Below are positions 46,761-56,490 of a stretch of DNA of 64,000 nucleotides, piece after piece. The translations under genes were made by a program, and so were the position numbers. How positions within the stretch are numbered: position 1 is the first letter of the stretch; each line of letters starts with the position of its first letter. The stretch lies in the IMG/VR virus record IMGVR_UViG_3300023283_000173, positions 1 to 64,000 of that record, one strand, 5' to 3'. The notes beneath the pieces are model-generated. The model saw nothing but the letters and a program-made list of their open reading frames with translations, was not told the DNA's origin and did not search any database. Origin of the DNA: a virus. Its lineage: Duplodnaviria; Caudoviricetes.

Positions 46761-47843
46761 TCACTCTGCCTTCATGTATGCGGTGTCCAGGTACGGAGGC
46801 TCACCCGACCGCGTCGAGTTGCTCTTCGCCACACGGATCTCCTCCTGCGGCGCCTCCGCGTTCGTGGTGCCCTTCAGCACCTTCTCCGTGTCGGAGACAC
46901 GCGAGCTCAGACCCTCCACGCTCTTGGAGATCTTGTCGACCGTCTCGGTGAGTTCGCCGAGTGTCTTCTCCATCGAAGTCGCGGTGTCCTGTACCTGCTT
47001 CTGCAGGTCGTCTCGGAGCGACTTGACCACCTCGTGGAGGCCGCTCGCCTCCGTCCCTTCAGACTGACTCTGATCCTCCTGAGAGGGCTCTTCCTGAGCG
47101 TCGGTCTCACCGTCGGTGCCGGAGGCGGAGCCCTCGGACGTCGAGGTGGCGGACGCCTCGGACTCCGCCCCGGCCGCCTCCCCCTCCGTGACCTCGGGCT
47201 TCTTGGTCTCGACCGGCGTAGACTTGTCGAGCTTGAACGCCTCGACGGGGATGTTCGACACCAGCACGCCGACCCACCGCTTAAACTCGTCGACGGCCTT
47301 CTCGATCTCACCCTGGGCCTCGTCCGGCGTGTCGACTTTCTGCATGATGTTGCCGATGGTGTTGTTCAGCATGTCGCTCCCGAGCCGCAGCGACGGGAAA
47401 AACGACTCCTGACTGAACACCTCGTTGAACGAGGTCGACTCGAAATTCAGGTCACTGAACGCCTTCTCGATGTGGCTGATGATCAGACCGAGGTCATCGT
47501 CGATCTTCAGCACGCCGATCTCCTCGGCGGGCACCCCCGGCTGGACGAAGTAGACATCGCCGTCCTTCGTCTCCTGCTGCTCGATGCTCAGCCCGGCCTT
47601 CTGGAGTCGGTCGCGCACGAGGTCAAGGTCCGCTCCCTTCCGCACCACCGCGGCGACGACGGCCGGGCCGACGCTCTCCTCCTTACCGAACATGCGTCGA
47701 CCGAGGGCGTACAGGTCGAGTCCCATCTCGTTCTCTCCCTTCGTGAATCGGAACGGCACGCGATTCGCTCCCTTTGTTACCAGAGAAAGGAAGTCTACGT
47801 CAGCCCCCTCCAGTTGGTTGGCACTAATCTGGACCTTTGGCAT
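46761..47843 (-). CDS. Capsid scaffold-like protein
   Basis: VDFLSLVTKGAN N-terminus, acidic linker, coiled coil. Confidence 0.7.
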   Translation of the reverse strand: MPKVQISANQLEGADVDFLSLVTKGANRVPFRFTKGENEMGLDLYALGRRMFGKEESVGPAVVAAVVRKGADLDLVRDRLQKAGLSIEQQETKDGDVYFVQPGVPAEEIGVLKIDDDLGLIISHIEKAFSDLNFESTSFNEVFSQESFFPSLRLGSDMLNNTIGNIMQKVDTPDEAQGEIEKAVDEFKRWVGVLVSNIPVEAFKLDKSTPVETKKPEVTEGEAAGAESEASATSTSEGSASGTDGETDAQEEPSQEDQSQSEGTEASGLHEVVKSLRDDLQKQVQDTATSMEKTLGELTETVDKISKSVEGLSSRVSDTEKVLKGTTNAEAPQEEIRVAKSNSTRSGEPPYLDTAYMKAE

Positions 47844-48570
47844 TTAGGATACCCTCCACAAAACTGAACCGGTGCTTGTGCCCCTGCGCCTCTTTCGTAA
47901 ACGTCCCGTGCACGATCTGGTGCGTATGCCCGTCCGGTCCGGGTCCCGTAGAGCCCCCCAGAAACTCACCGCTGTCCGAGAACCTGACCTGGAAGTCGTG
48001 CGAGTGTCCGGCCACCTCGTCGGTCTCTCCCTTCAGCACCTCTGGGAGCTCGACCTCGATCGTCGTCGGCTTCTTGAACCCACGCCCCCCTATCGAGAAC
48101 CCGTTCAACTCACCCTTCTTGATCTTGTCCCAGAGGTCCTGGTCCTCGACCTTCACCGCGGCGACCCACGCACCCGCGATGAAGTCGGGGTCCCCCTCTC
48201 TAGCGACGAAGCTCTCAACGATATAGCTCCCCGACTCCTTGCCGTCGTGCTGCACGTCCACCTTGTTCACGCCGCCCTTGGCCATGAACGCGTAGGCCAT
48301 GTCGCGGACGCCCTCCGCCGTCATGAAGTCACCGTCGCTGTCCGGGAACCCCGGGACGTACACCTCGCCCCAGACGATCTGCAGCTCCTCATCGACCTTC
48401 TTCAGCTCGGAGACTTCCATGACGTCGCTCTTGTTCGCCTCCTGACTGGCCAGGATCGCGGCCGCCTGCTTCAGCGCCTTCTCCTTGCCGTCAGGTCCGG
48501 TGAAGCACGTCCCGCCACGGCCCCACTTCCAGCCGGGTTCGTTGTCCTTCTGGCAGCGCATGAGCGGCAC
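47824..48570 (-). CDS. XkdF-like prohead serine protease
   Basis: VYVPG..DSDGDF, DVQHD, WDKIKKGELNGFSIGG. Confidence 0.85.
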   Translation of the reverse strand: MPLMRCQKDNEPGWKWGRGGTCFTGPDGKEKALKQAAAILASQEANKSDVMEVSELKKVDEELQIVWGEVYVPGFPDSDGDFMTAEGVRDMAYAFMAKGGVNKVDVQHDGKESGSYIVESFVAREGDPDFIAGAWVAAVKVEDQDLWDKIKKGELNGFSIGGRGFKKPTTIEVELPEVLKGETDEVAGHSHDFQVRFSDSGEFLGGSTGPGPDGHTHQIVHGTFTKEAQGHKHRFSFVEGILNAKGPD

Positions 48571-48622
48571 GGATACACCTCGTACACCACATATCGTGTC
48601 TACCTTTACCCTCGGACAAGAG

Positions 48623-48636
48623 TGCAGTCAACTGCA
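48623..48636. repeat. 14-bp near-palindrome, copy 9
   Basis: Exact intergenic copy before the protease. Confidence 0.9.
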
Positions 48637-48664
48637 GGCCCGAATGCGCCCCGCGTGTGATCTG

Positions 48665-48693
48665 AATAAAAAAAAAGCCGACGCTAGGCCGGC
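48665..48693 (-). terminator. Intrinsic terminator
   Basis: GCCGGC-CTAGC-GTCGGC then a long T run. Confidence 0.8.
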
Positions 48694-48742
48694 CTCAGTC
48701 GGGAAGGTATAGGTTTCGGTTAGTCGATGCGGTTTCCGTTCA

Positions 48743-48973
48743 TCACGTCCTCGACACCAATCTCTTTACGACATCCATATCGATCAACATCGACTCGATC
48801 TCATCGAGGAGGTCGTCGTCGCTCGGGTCCTCCGCGACCCACTGCTGCCGCGGGATGACTACCTTGAGGTCTGAACGCCGACGGACCTCCCCGAAGACGT
48901 TACCGAAGTCTGAGACCTCCCACCTGAACTCATAGGCGTCGTCGAAGATCGGTGTGGAACCATATGCCTGCAT
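48743..48973 (-). CDS. Moron gene, hypothetical
   Basis: 76 aa; CCAAGGAGGG leader. Confidence 0.6.
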   Translation of the reverse strand: MQAYGSTPIFDDAYEFRWEVSDFGNVFGEVRRRSDLKVVIPRQQWVAEDPSDDDLLDEIESMLIDMDVVKRLVSRT

Positions 48974-48997
48974 CTCTTCTACCCTCCTTGGTCTGAT

Positions 48998-49297
48998 TTA
49001 TCGAACGAAGCACTTCCCGTTGTGAGGTCCGACTCCCCTCCAGACCTGAGTCCCGCTCCTCAAGGTCCGAGAGAAGACGAACTTCATCTCGAGGTCGAGA
49101 GTGTTGCTCTCGTCGTTGACGTCGTGGACTGTCCCCTTCGCCCAGAAGGACTTCTGGTTAACCACCGTGACCTCGAGTGTTCCCGAGAAACCGAAGAACT
49201 TGACACCGCCGGAAGACCAGGTGTTACTAAACTCAACCATCTGACCTTGCTCAACCATCTTACCCTCCTTGGTCTTGGGATTTGTGTTTGTATTCAT
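48998..49297 (-). CDS. Moron gene, hypothetical (alternative start MVEQ)
   Basis: Directly after the duplicated promoter. Confidence 0.6.
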   Translation of the reverse strand: MNTNTNPKTKEGKMVEQGQMVEFSNTWSSGGVKFFGFSGTLEVTVVNQKSFWAKGTVHDVNDESNTLDLEMKFVFSRTLRSGTQVWRGVGPHNGKCFVR

Positions 49298-49303
49298 ACT
49301 CTT

Positions 49304-49332
49304 AACTTAGGAGGTAGGATGTAGTTTGTCAA
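49304..49332 (-). promoter_or_regulatory. Strong sigma70-like promoter (duplicate of 11601..11629)
   Basis: TTGACA-17-TAAGTT. Confidence 0.75.
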
Positions 49333-49359
49333 GTAGGCAGGTAAAGATTTTTACGTTTT

Positions 49360-49524
49360 TTACCTGTTCGTTTTCGTGGGATCGACCTCGATCTCGAGAC
49401 CCTCCGCAGAGGCCCACACCCACTTCAGGCGACGTGCCTCCACAGGTACGTCCTCGGGAGACACCTCCGTCGCGACCGCGGCCTCCTCGTCAGTAAGCTC
49501 CTGCTTCTCTACCTTATCACTCAC
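49360..49524 (-). CDS. 54-aa acidic protein coupled to MuF-ART
   Basis: Own translation MSDKVEKQELTDEE...PTKTNR*; GTGA overlap. Confidence 0.55.
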   Translation of the reverse strand: MSDKVEKQELTDEEAAVATEVSPEDVPVEARRLKWVWASAEGLEIEVDPTKTNR

Positions 49525-51050
49525 TCTATCAACTCCGCTTCTACGACCCTCACTCCGTTTATGGTCTCCTGCGTGACCTTAGTCAGGCGTAACTTGGTAC
49601 GCCTCGCTAGTAACAACTCTGACTCGAAGGAACTGCCTCCGACCTCTGACTTACCTATAGGTATAGCTCTCGTACCTCTTTTCAACTTGATACGAAGGAC
49701 CACGTCTTCTAGAGGATTCTCGACGAAACTCTTCATTACATCTCTGTCCGTTGTAACCGACATAAACCCTGGATCTCTTACAGCAGATCCCTCCAAGAAA
49801 GACAGGTCGTCTACACCAAATGTATCTTTAGCCTTTCTCACACCCCTGTACACGACCACATCTCTCTGGATCGCAGACACCCTGACTACTGAGTCAAGTG
49901 AGTCGACAACACGCTCGAAACCAAGAAAGTCGAGCCTGTCCTCAGAGACCTCGGCTATTATAGTAGGAGGTAGTGTCTGACCTCTCAACCTAGCATTCAA
50001 CGCCAAGTACCCATCACCCTGATAGAACTCTACCATGTTTCTCTCGGTTGAAGTGAGGTCTCGCGCTATGGTGGCCTTCTCAACAAACTCTTTGTACCCC
50101 TTAGTCCCTACGAACTCCTTGAAATCAGCCTGCTCGACAACCGGGGCCTCCACCTGCTGCGTATCCGGTGCCTGCTGCACGGGCACCACCTCGGTGACCG
50201 ACCCCGCCTCGACCAATACGCCCCGGCAATTCGGATGGTACGGTGGACTTCCCAGGTTCTCGTCCTGAAGCTGCTGCGGCGTTTTCGAGCGGAGGACCGC
50301 CACCGCTTCCGGCTTCTGACTGGGCCACGGCGCTACGCTCCTGAGCTCCTGCGGATCCTGCGTGCGTAGTGCTCCGTCTATCCTCGAGAATTCCTTGCTT
50401 ACCTCGAACGTCTTGCCATGCATCGTCTCGCAGACGGGACATATCCGGTCGTCGAGTATCTCGCTGACCTGATAAGTCGTGATCTGGAGCTGCTGCGCCT
50501 CGGCGAGGAACCCAAAAGTCACGAGGCGGCTAGTGAACAGGTTCGCCCCGATCTCGGTGACACTGCGACCGCCCCCGAGCACCACCCTGTTGATCTTCTC
50601 GACCAACACCTCGTCTGCCTGCTTCTGCAGTACCTCCCCGTCGTCGTCCTTGCTCAGGCGCTGCTCCTCAGCGTCAAGTAGTCGGTCCAGGCGGTCCCGC
50701 AGTCCGTCAGACAGGTCCTCGAGCAGCTCGTCGAACTGCCTCACCGCGTTGTCGACCACCTCGCTGACCGACACGCCGCCCTGCACGATCGCCGTCTGCT
50801 CTACCTCGGTGAGTCTGGCCCCGCCCAACAGCATCGCCGACACAGCCAGCTCCTCCAGCCTGTTCCGTATCGCGTCGACCACCCCTCGCGTGGAGATCGA
50901 GTCCGCAGCGTCGGACGCCTGCTTGAACTTCCCCTCCGCGAGTAGGTCGGCAACCTGTCGTGCCTTCTCCTCGGCCTCCGCCCGCCACGCCTCGAAGACC
51001 GCGTCGGCCACGGTGGACTCCAGCGACAGGAAGGCCTCAACCTTGACCAC
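49521..51050 (-). CDS. MuF/SPP1 gp7-like head protein fused to an ADP-ribosyltransferase
   Basis: DDRICPVC..PPYHPNCR (MuF), then VYRG / FMSVT / FESELLL (R-S-E ART). Confidence 0.85.
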   Translation of the reverse strand: MVKVEAFLSLESTVADAVFEAWRAEAEEKARQVADLLAEGKFKQASDAADSISTRGVVDAIRNRLEELAVSAMLLGGARLTEVEQTAIVQGGVSVSEVVDNAVRQFDELLEDLSDGLRDRLDRLLDAEEQRLSKDDDGEVLQKQADEVLVEKINRVVLGGGRSVTEIGANLFTSRLVTFGFLAEAQQLQITTYQVSEILDDRICPVCETMHGKTFEVSKEFSRIDGALRTQDPQELRSVAPWPSQKPEAVAVLRSKTPQQLQDENLGSPPYHPNCRGVLVEAGSVTEVVPVQQAPDTQQVEAPVVEQADFKEFVGTKGYKEFVEKATIARDLTSTERNMVEFYQGDGYLALNARLRGQTLPPTIIAEVSEDRLDFLGFERVVDSLDSVVRVSAIQRDVVVYRGVRKAKDTFGVDDLSFLEGSAVRDPGFMSVTTDRDVMKSFVENPLEDVVLRIKLKRGTRAIPIGKSEVGGSSFESELLLARRTKLRLTKVTQETINGVRVVEAELIE

Positions 51051-51051
51051 C

Positions 51052-52821
51052 TCAGCCCCCGGTCATAGAGGCCATGACAGACAGCGTGCACGCAGACAGT
51101 CTGGCCAGACCCTCGGGGTCGTTCTCCACGTCGTTGTACTGGAGCGCGGCCAGGGCCTGCCGGAACTTCGCGTACCCGTCCTGGTCGAGGGTACTGGTGG
51201 CCAGGGCTACGTTCTTCTCGACCTCCACGAAGTCCCTCTTCCGCATGGCAAGCAAGACCTCGACGGCGAGCGCAGACGCTCTGGCGTCGCTCTTATCGAA
51301 CGCGAGGACCTCAGCCGGCTGACTGTCCGGAGGTCCATCCTGTGGCTGCGACGTCTCGTCGGACGACGGGTCGACCGACTGCTGCTCGACCTCGTCTACT
51401 CCCGACTGCTCCGACACCTTGATGTTCAGCCCCGTGCACTCGTTCACCACCGAGACCACCTCGTCGGAGTCTACGTCTCCGGTGGCCGCCGCCATCTGCA
51501 GCCCCTCGAGCTTACTGCTGATGTCGGCGATCACGATAGGCAGCGATCGCATCCTCACGTCGTCATACCCAAGAGCAGGCAGTAGCTGAGTAGTGACGAT
51601 CTCATCGAACTCCTGGCGCTCAGGAGCGAACACCTGCTCCTCACCCACCCTGTACGACGTCCAGGCGGTCGCAAAGCTGTAGTCCTCAGCCTTGCCGATG
51701 AAGATGGGGGGTACGCGGAAGCCGACGCGCGTGTGTTCCGACGTGCGCTCGTCGTATTTCAGGAACATCGCGTCGCTCTGCCTCTCTCCCCCGAACCTCT
51801 CAACGCTCACACGGGAGTTACCAGGACTGTCGATGGTCCCTCCCGACGGCTGTACTTCGAACACCAGGACCTTGTTCTTCTGACTCGGTCCCATGCTCAT
51901 CATCTGCTGCAGCGATCTGCGAGCCCTCTCCGTCAGTACGCCTCCCTGCAGGAAGATCATCGCGGGCGGTACGCCCCCGCTGTTGAAGAAGTTGAGGTTC
52001 AGCTCCTCGGCCTTGCGGGACCCGAGGACAGACGGCACCTGCGATATCCACCGCGGCAGACCGTACGGGGAGTTGCCGTCCGGTATCAGACGGAAGCAGA
52101 GCACCTCGGTAGCCCTCCTGTCGAGGGGTACATCCTGCTGATCCCCCCACTCGCCCGTCGTCTTGTCGAGTTCACGTCGAACACCGAAGTCCTTGAAGAA
52201 CCGCAATTTGTTGTTCGTGGATAACTGGGCGTACCGTCGCTGACGCATCTCTACCTTGAGCGTCTCCTCCTGTCCCCTGCGTTTGACCGTGACATCGACC
52301 GGCACCGGCCTGTCCAAGCGGACCAGACGCATCGAGACCGAGCGCATCTGCCTCAGCAACACGATCTCGCCGCCAGCGTTCCTGATCACCTCGAGGTAAG
52401 CCATCCCGGTCTGCTCCAGGTCCCGACGCAACTCCTTCCGCATCGTGACGAACGACTTGCCCGGCCACGGCTCCTCGAAGAACTCCTCTAGGTCCCTGAT
52501 CTTCCTTTCGTCGTCGTCGGTCGGATCGTCACCGCTCTTCATCTCGAAGACGAACCCAGTACCGTCGACGTTCGTGACCATGGCCTCCACGCAGGGGGCG
52601 AGCGTGTTGTTCTCCTCCTGGGCCAGGCGCTGCAACAAACGCAGGTTGAAGGGGGGCTGTATCAGGCCCTTGTCTCTGTCCTCCCCGATATAGAACGGCC
52701 TGAACTCGTCGTCTACCTCGATTGCGTTCGAGATCAGCACCCCGTCCGCGTTCTCCTGCTTGTCGAGCTCGTGCACGTCGTAAACGGCGTAGTTCTCGTC
52801 CGAGGTCTGGTCGTCGGGCAC
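51052..52821 (-). CDS. Portal protein
   Basis: GMAYLEVIRN, SPYGLPRW, FFNSGGVP, FRVPPIFIG. Confidence 0.9.
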   Translation of the reverse strand: MPDDQTSDENYAVYDVHELDKQENADGVLISNAIEVDDEFRPFYIGEDRDKGLIQPPFNLRLLQRLAQEENNTLAPCVEAMVTNVDGTGFVFEMKSGDDPTDDDERKIRDLEEFFEEPWPGKSFVTMRKELRRDLEQTGMAYLEVIRNAGGEIVLLRQMRSVSMRLVRLDRPVPVDVTVKRRGQEETLKVEMRQRRYAQLSTNNKLRFFKDFGVRRELDKTTGEWGDQQDVPLDRRATEVLCFRLIPDGNSPYGLPRWISQVPSVLGSRKAEELNLNFFNSGGVPPAMIFLQGGVLTERARRSLQQMMSMGPSQKNKVLVFEVQPSGGTIDSPGNSRVSVERFGGERQSDAMFLKYDERTSEHTRVGFRVPPIFIGKAEDYSFATAWTSYRVGEEQVFAPERQEFDEIVTTQLLPALGYDDVRMRSLPIVIADISSKLEGLQMAAATGDVDSDEVVSVVNECTGLNIKVSEQSGVDEVEQQSVDPSSDETSQPQDGPPDSQPAEVLAFDKSDARASALAVEVLLAMRKRDFVEVEKNVALATSTLDQDGYAKFRQALAALQYNDVENDPEGLARLSACTLSVMASMTGG

Positions 52822-52849
52822 GTTGGCGCTCCTTCCTGGTACCACCCCG

Positions 52850-55216
52850 TCAGGTCGCGGGTACGGGGTGTGCAGTCAACTGCAACTCCTCCACGTCTCC
52901 CATGTTATAGCCCAACTGTGCGTCGACAGGGAAGGGCACAGTCGGACGCCATCCGACTCGCTCCAGCGGGAGGTTCTCCATGATCTCCGCCTGTTGTCTA
53001 GCGAGTTCCTCGGCCCTCGACTCGGACACGTAGCTCACCGAGTTGTCGTGTACCATACCGCAGACCACCAGGTCGTCCTCGTCGAAAGAGGCCTCGATCT
53101 CGGAGACCGCGTAGACCATCATGTCGGTAAGCGTAGACTGGATAGGTGAGTTGATGGCCTGCCTTTCAGCACGCGACTGCACGACCCAGTCCCTGCTCGC
53201 TATGTGGGGTAGGTGCCTTATCCGACCCAGCGGACTCCTGACCATCTTGTACTTGTGCGCAGTCCTGATCATCCGATCGTGGTACGTGAGCAGACCCGGG
53301 TAGAGCTCGAAGAACGCGTCTATCATCTGCTGCGCCTCTTCGAGCGTCAGACTGATACCGTAGTTGGCCCAGGCGTAGTCCACGAACCCGGCGGCCCTCA
53401 TACCGAACAGTAGACCGAAGTTTCCCGCCTTGGCCCGCGTGCGCACCGACTTGAACATGTCGGAGTCACTGTCCTTGAGTCTCAGAAACTCGGCCAGCGC
53501 GTAACCCGCTAGCTTCGCGCCGGTGATCGAGTGAGGGTCCTGACCCTCCAGGAACGCCCTCGCCAGGGTCGGCTCCGGCGCCACCTCGGCCGCCACACGC
53601 AGCTCTCCCTGTGCGTAGTCCTCTATCAGGATCTTCATCCCGGGCGGGGCCACAAAGCAGCGTCGTATCTCCTTCGCCCACTTCGTCTTGTTCGGTAGCG
53701 TCTGGTACGGAGGGTCCTTGCAGGCGAGCCTGCCGGACACGGTACCCGACTCCTCACGGTCCATGTAGTCCCCGTGGAACAGCATGTAGCTCGGATGCAG
53801 CAACCCGTCGTCCCTCACGTCGTCCAGAAACCCGTCTACGAAGGACGACTTCGTCTTCTCCGCCCCGTTCAGCTCCTTCAGCACGTCGCACATCGCAGCC
53901 GCATCGGGGTGGTCGCGAAACATCTCGAGGTGTGCCCTCGTCGTCGACGGCTCACCGGTCTTCTCCGTCCTCATCTTCGGTCGTAGTCTGAGGCCCCTTT
54001 TCCCGAAGAAATACTCCTTGACGAGCGCGGGAACCAGCGGCGACTTTCCCCTCCGCGCTTGGTCTTCAATTTTGTCAGAGTACTCCCTGCGCAGGCCCGG
54101 TGTCAGCAGACTCACTGCCCTCTTGCGTTGCTCTACTATCTCCGACTCCAAACGTGACTGGAGCCTCGCGTAGCGGTCCTTGTCTATCCAGACCCCACAG
54201 CGCTCCACCCTCTCGAATGCGCGGGCACCGGGGTGGAGTATGTTGACGTAGAACCGCGCCAGGACCCCGTCCCCCAGCAGCTCGTCACGCTCTTCCTCCG
54301 CCACCCTGTAGGTCGCATCGCAGTCTCCTCCCTGGTATTCCAGCAGGTCGTTCGGCGGTACGAGGTCCATCCTGCCCTTGTCGTACTTGGCGTCGAACTC
54401 GGCCTCGTAGCCGCCGATGTCAGTGTAGGTCTTCGCGTGCAGACTGAGGCTGTTCCGTCGGTTCTCATTGAGCAGGGACCCCACGAGAGTCGTATCCAGG
54501 CGGAAGTTCGTACACTCGACGCCCCACTTCAACCACAGCCAGTGCAGGTCGAACTTGAAGTTCGCGCCCCTCATGGATACGAAGTCCGCCTGTAGTAGCC
54601 ACCTGACGTTCTCCAGCAACCTACTCGACAACTGCACAGGGTGCGTCCTCGGACCTACGTACGCGCAGTCGGCCCTGCCGGCCGCGTCTGAGAATCCGAT
54701 CGAGACGATGTTCTTCGACCTGGCCCACGGGTCCAGGCCCTCGGTCTCGAGGTCGCAGGCTACGGCTACCCGCTCACCCGTATCCTCGTGTCTCTTCTTC
54801 ACGCGTCGTATCAGGTCCTCGAAGTCGGCCACCCACCTGTACGTCCCGGTCGAGGGTAGCATCGACCCCGTGCGAGACACCCTCGCGGCCAGCCTACAGT
54901 CCCACTCCAGGTACGGCTCCTTACCCGGGTCGTTGTCCACGACGCCGGGGTCGTAGGTCACGAACAGGGGCACCTCAGAAGACCTGAACTGCCTCTCCCT
55001 GAGCGAGTCGATCGTGCGGTTACGAGGCAGTACTCCCGCCCCCTGCAACTCCTTCACTGCTGCCGACCCGCAGACGAGGACGGGATGATTCTGTACGACG
55101 GCGTCTCGTACCCCTTCCGGCTCGACGCACCTCACCTGGTCTCTCGAGAGGCCGCCCCTGACGAGTGCGTCTAGGACCCTGCGCCGCGGCTCTCCCCTGC
55201 GGACCACGACTATCAT
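52850..55216 (-). CDS. polA: Family A DNA polymerase with 3'-5' exonuclease and UDG-like N-terminal remnant
   Basis: DLETE, NFKFD, YxxxD; DYAQGELR, KAGNFGLLFG, VHD. Confidence 0.92.
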   Translation of the reverse strand: MIVVVRRGEPRRRVLDALVRGGLSRDQVRCVEPEGVRDAVVQNHPVLVCGSAAVKELQGAGVLPRNRTIDSLRERQFRSSEVPLFVTYDPGVVDNDPGKEPYLEWDCRLAARVSRTGSMLPSTGTYRWVADFEDLIRRVKKRHEDTGERVAVACDLETEGLDPWARSKNIVSIGFSDAAGRADCAYVGPRTHPVQLSSRLLENVRWLLQADFVSMRGANFKFDLHWLWLKWGVECTNFRLDTTLVGSLLNENRRNSLSLHAKTYTDIGGYEAEFDAKYDKGRMDLVPPNDLLEYQGGDCDATYRVAEEERDELLGDGVLARFYVNILHPGARAFERVERCGVWIDKDRYARLQSRLESEIVEQRKRAVSLLTPGLRREYSDKIEDQARRGKSPLVPALVKEYFFGKRGLRLRPKMRTEKTGEPSTTRAHLEMFRDHPDAAAMCDVLKELNGAEKTKSSFVDGFLDDVRDDGLLHPSYMLFHGDYMDREESGTVSGRLACKDPPYQTLPNKTKWAKEIRRCFVAPPGMKILIEDYAQGELRVAAEVAPEPTLARAFLEGQDPHSITGAKLAGYALAEFLRLKDSDSDMFKSVRTRAKAGNFGLLFGMRAAGFVDYAWANYGISLTLEEAQQMIDAFFELYPGLLTYHDRMIRTAHKYKMVRSPLGRIRHLPHIASRDWVVQSRAERQAINSPIQSTLTDMMVYAVSEIEASFDEDDLVVCGMVHDNSVSYVSESRAEELARQQAEIMENLPLERVGWRPTVPFPVDAQLGYNMGDVEELQLTAHPVPAT
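52871..52884. repeat. 14-bp near-palindrome, copy 10
   Basis: Exact copy at the polymerase 3' end, before portal. Confidence 0.9.
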
Positions 55217-55542
55217 CTGACACGCTCCCACCCGTCCTCCTGCCTCCACTTGGCCTTACACTTACCATCGTCCCTCAGCTCCAGGAACACGGTCACGTAG
55301 GGCGGCCGCGCACGATACATGACGAACTCTACGCCCTCCCGTACGCACACGACGAACTCCTCACGGCCCCTCACCTTCCTCGATCCTACGAACATCAGCG
55401 TCAGACGGAGTGGGTTATCGTCAGGACCAGGTACCGGTATCGGGACTTCCGAGGCCCCGTAGTTCTCTCCGAACGAAGACGAACGCCACACAGTCATCTC
55501 GAAGGTATCGGCAACGTTCGCCAGCCTCACTCCTCCATCCAC
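55213..55542 (-). CDS. Hypothetical protein
   Basis: Coupled to the polymerase start. Confidence 0.55.
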   Translation of the reverse strand: MDGGVRLANVADTFEMTVWRSSSFGENYGASEVPIPVPGPDDNPLRLTLMFVGSRKVRGREEFVVCVREGVEFVMYRARPPYVTVFLELRDDGKCKAKWRQEDGWERVR

Positions 55543-55739
55543 TGCCAGCCTCCTCCTACACTCGCCGTCGCGCGTCCCAGCCCGCAGCCCAGGTACGACA
55601 CCTCTACCTCGATCGAGTCTGCGGACACGGACAGTACGACCATGTCGACTCCCTCCTCTGCCAGACCGGGGAACAAGGGGTCCTCGGTCGACACCAGGTC
55701 GCCCCCCTGCACCTGCCCTATCATCTCCGCCAGTCTCAC
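55527..55739 (-). CDS. Hypothetical protein
   Basis: 70-aa ORF in series. Confidence 0.5.
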   Translation of the reverse strand: MRLAEMIGQVQGGDLVSTEDPLFPGLAEEGVDMVVLSVSADSIEVEVSYLGCGLGRATASVGGGWQWMEE

Positions 55740-55740
55740 G

Positions 55741-56472
55741 TCACTTCCCCTGTATCTTCTTGATCACCGGCACCGGCGTCGAGACGTTCCCGACCGCCGC
55801 GAGTATGGCGCCCACGGTACGCGCAGCATTGTCCGGTACAATTACGTCTAAGTGTGCGGACATGTGTCCGTCCTGGTGATACGCCATACACACCTTCTGT
55901 AGCTGCACTCTGTCTTCCTCGTCGACGTTCTCGGCCCTCACACTCAGCGCCGTGCCAGACACTCTCGCCGCTATCTTGGTCCCCCTGTCCGTCCAACCCA
56001 CCACGAAGTAGCGACTGCCTGGACTCGATCCCTTGACTGGCTGGTAGAGCCTGGTCGCGTCCTTCAGCAGGACGGGGGTCATCGACGTCATCTCGTTCTC
56101 CGAAACCTCGCCGTGGTGCTCGACGCCATCGGGTACGGAGACGTCCGTTCCGGGGGTGATCTCTACGTCGACAACTGTCTTGGCCTGTTTCTGCTTCTTT
56201 AACCCGAACAAAGCATCGGCGACGATGTCCCTGAGTTTGTTGACCGTAGCGAGATTGCACGTCTTTAGTGCCCCCTTGGAGGCCCCGTCCTGCGTATTGT
56301 GCACCTCGAAGAACGCACCCTTCGGCACCTCCTTCGTCACAACGGCGGCGCCGGCCTCGAACACGAGCTTCTCGCCCGAGACGTCTCGCCAGACCGTCAG
56401 GTCCTCGGACTCATAGGTGAGCTTTAACAACGAGAGTAACACCTTCTCGTCAACCTGTATCATCGCAGCCAT
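55741..56472 (-). CDS. Hypothetical protein
   Basis: 243 aa; CCAAGGAGGG leader. Confidence 0.65.
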   Translation of the reverse strand: MAAMIQVDEKVLLSLLKLTYESEDLTVWRDVSGEKLVFEAGAAVVTKEVPKGAFFEVHNTQDGASKGALKTCNLATVNKLRDIVADALFGLKKQKQAKTVVDVEITPGTDVSVPDGVEHHGEVSENEMTSMTPVLLKDATRLYQPVKGSSPGSRYFVVGWTDRGTKIAARVSGTALSVRAENVDEEDRVQLQKVCMAYHQDGHMSAHLDVIVPDNAARTVGAILAAVGNVSTPVPVIKKIQGK

Positions 56473-56490
56473 ACGACCCTCCTTGGTCTC

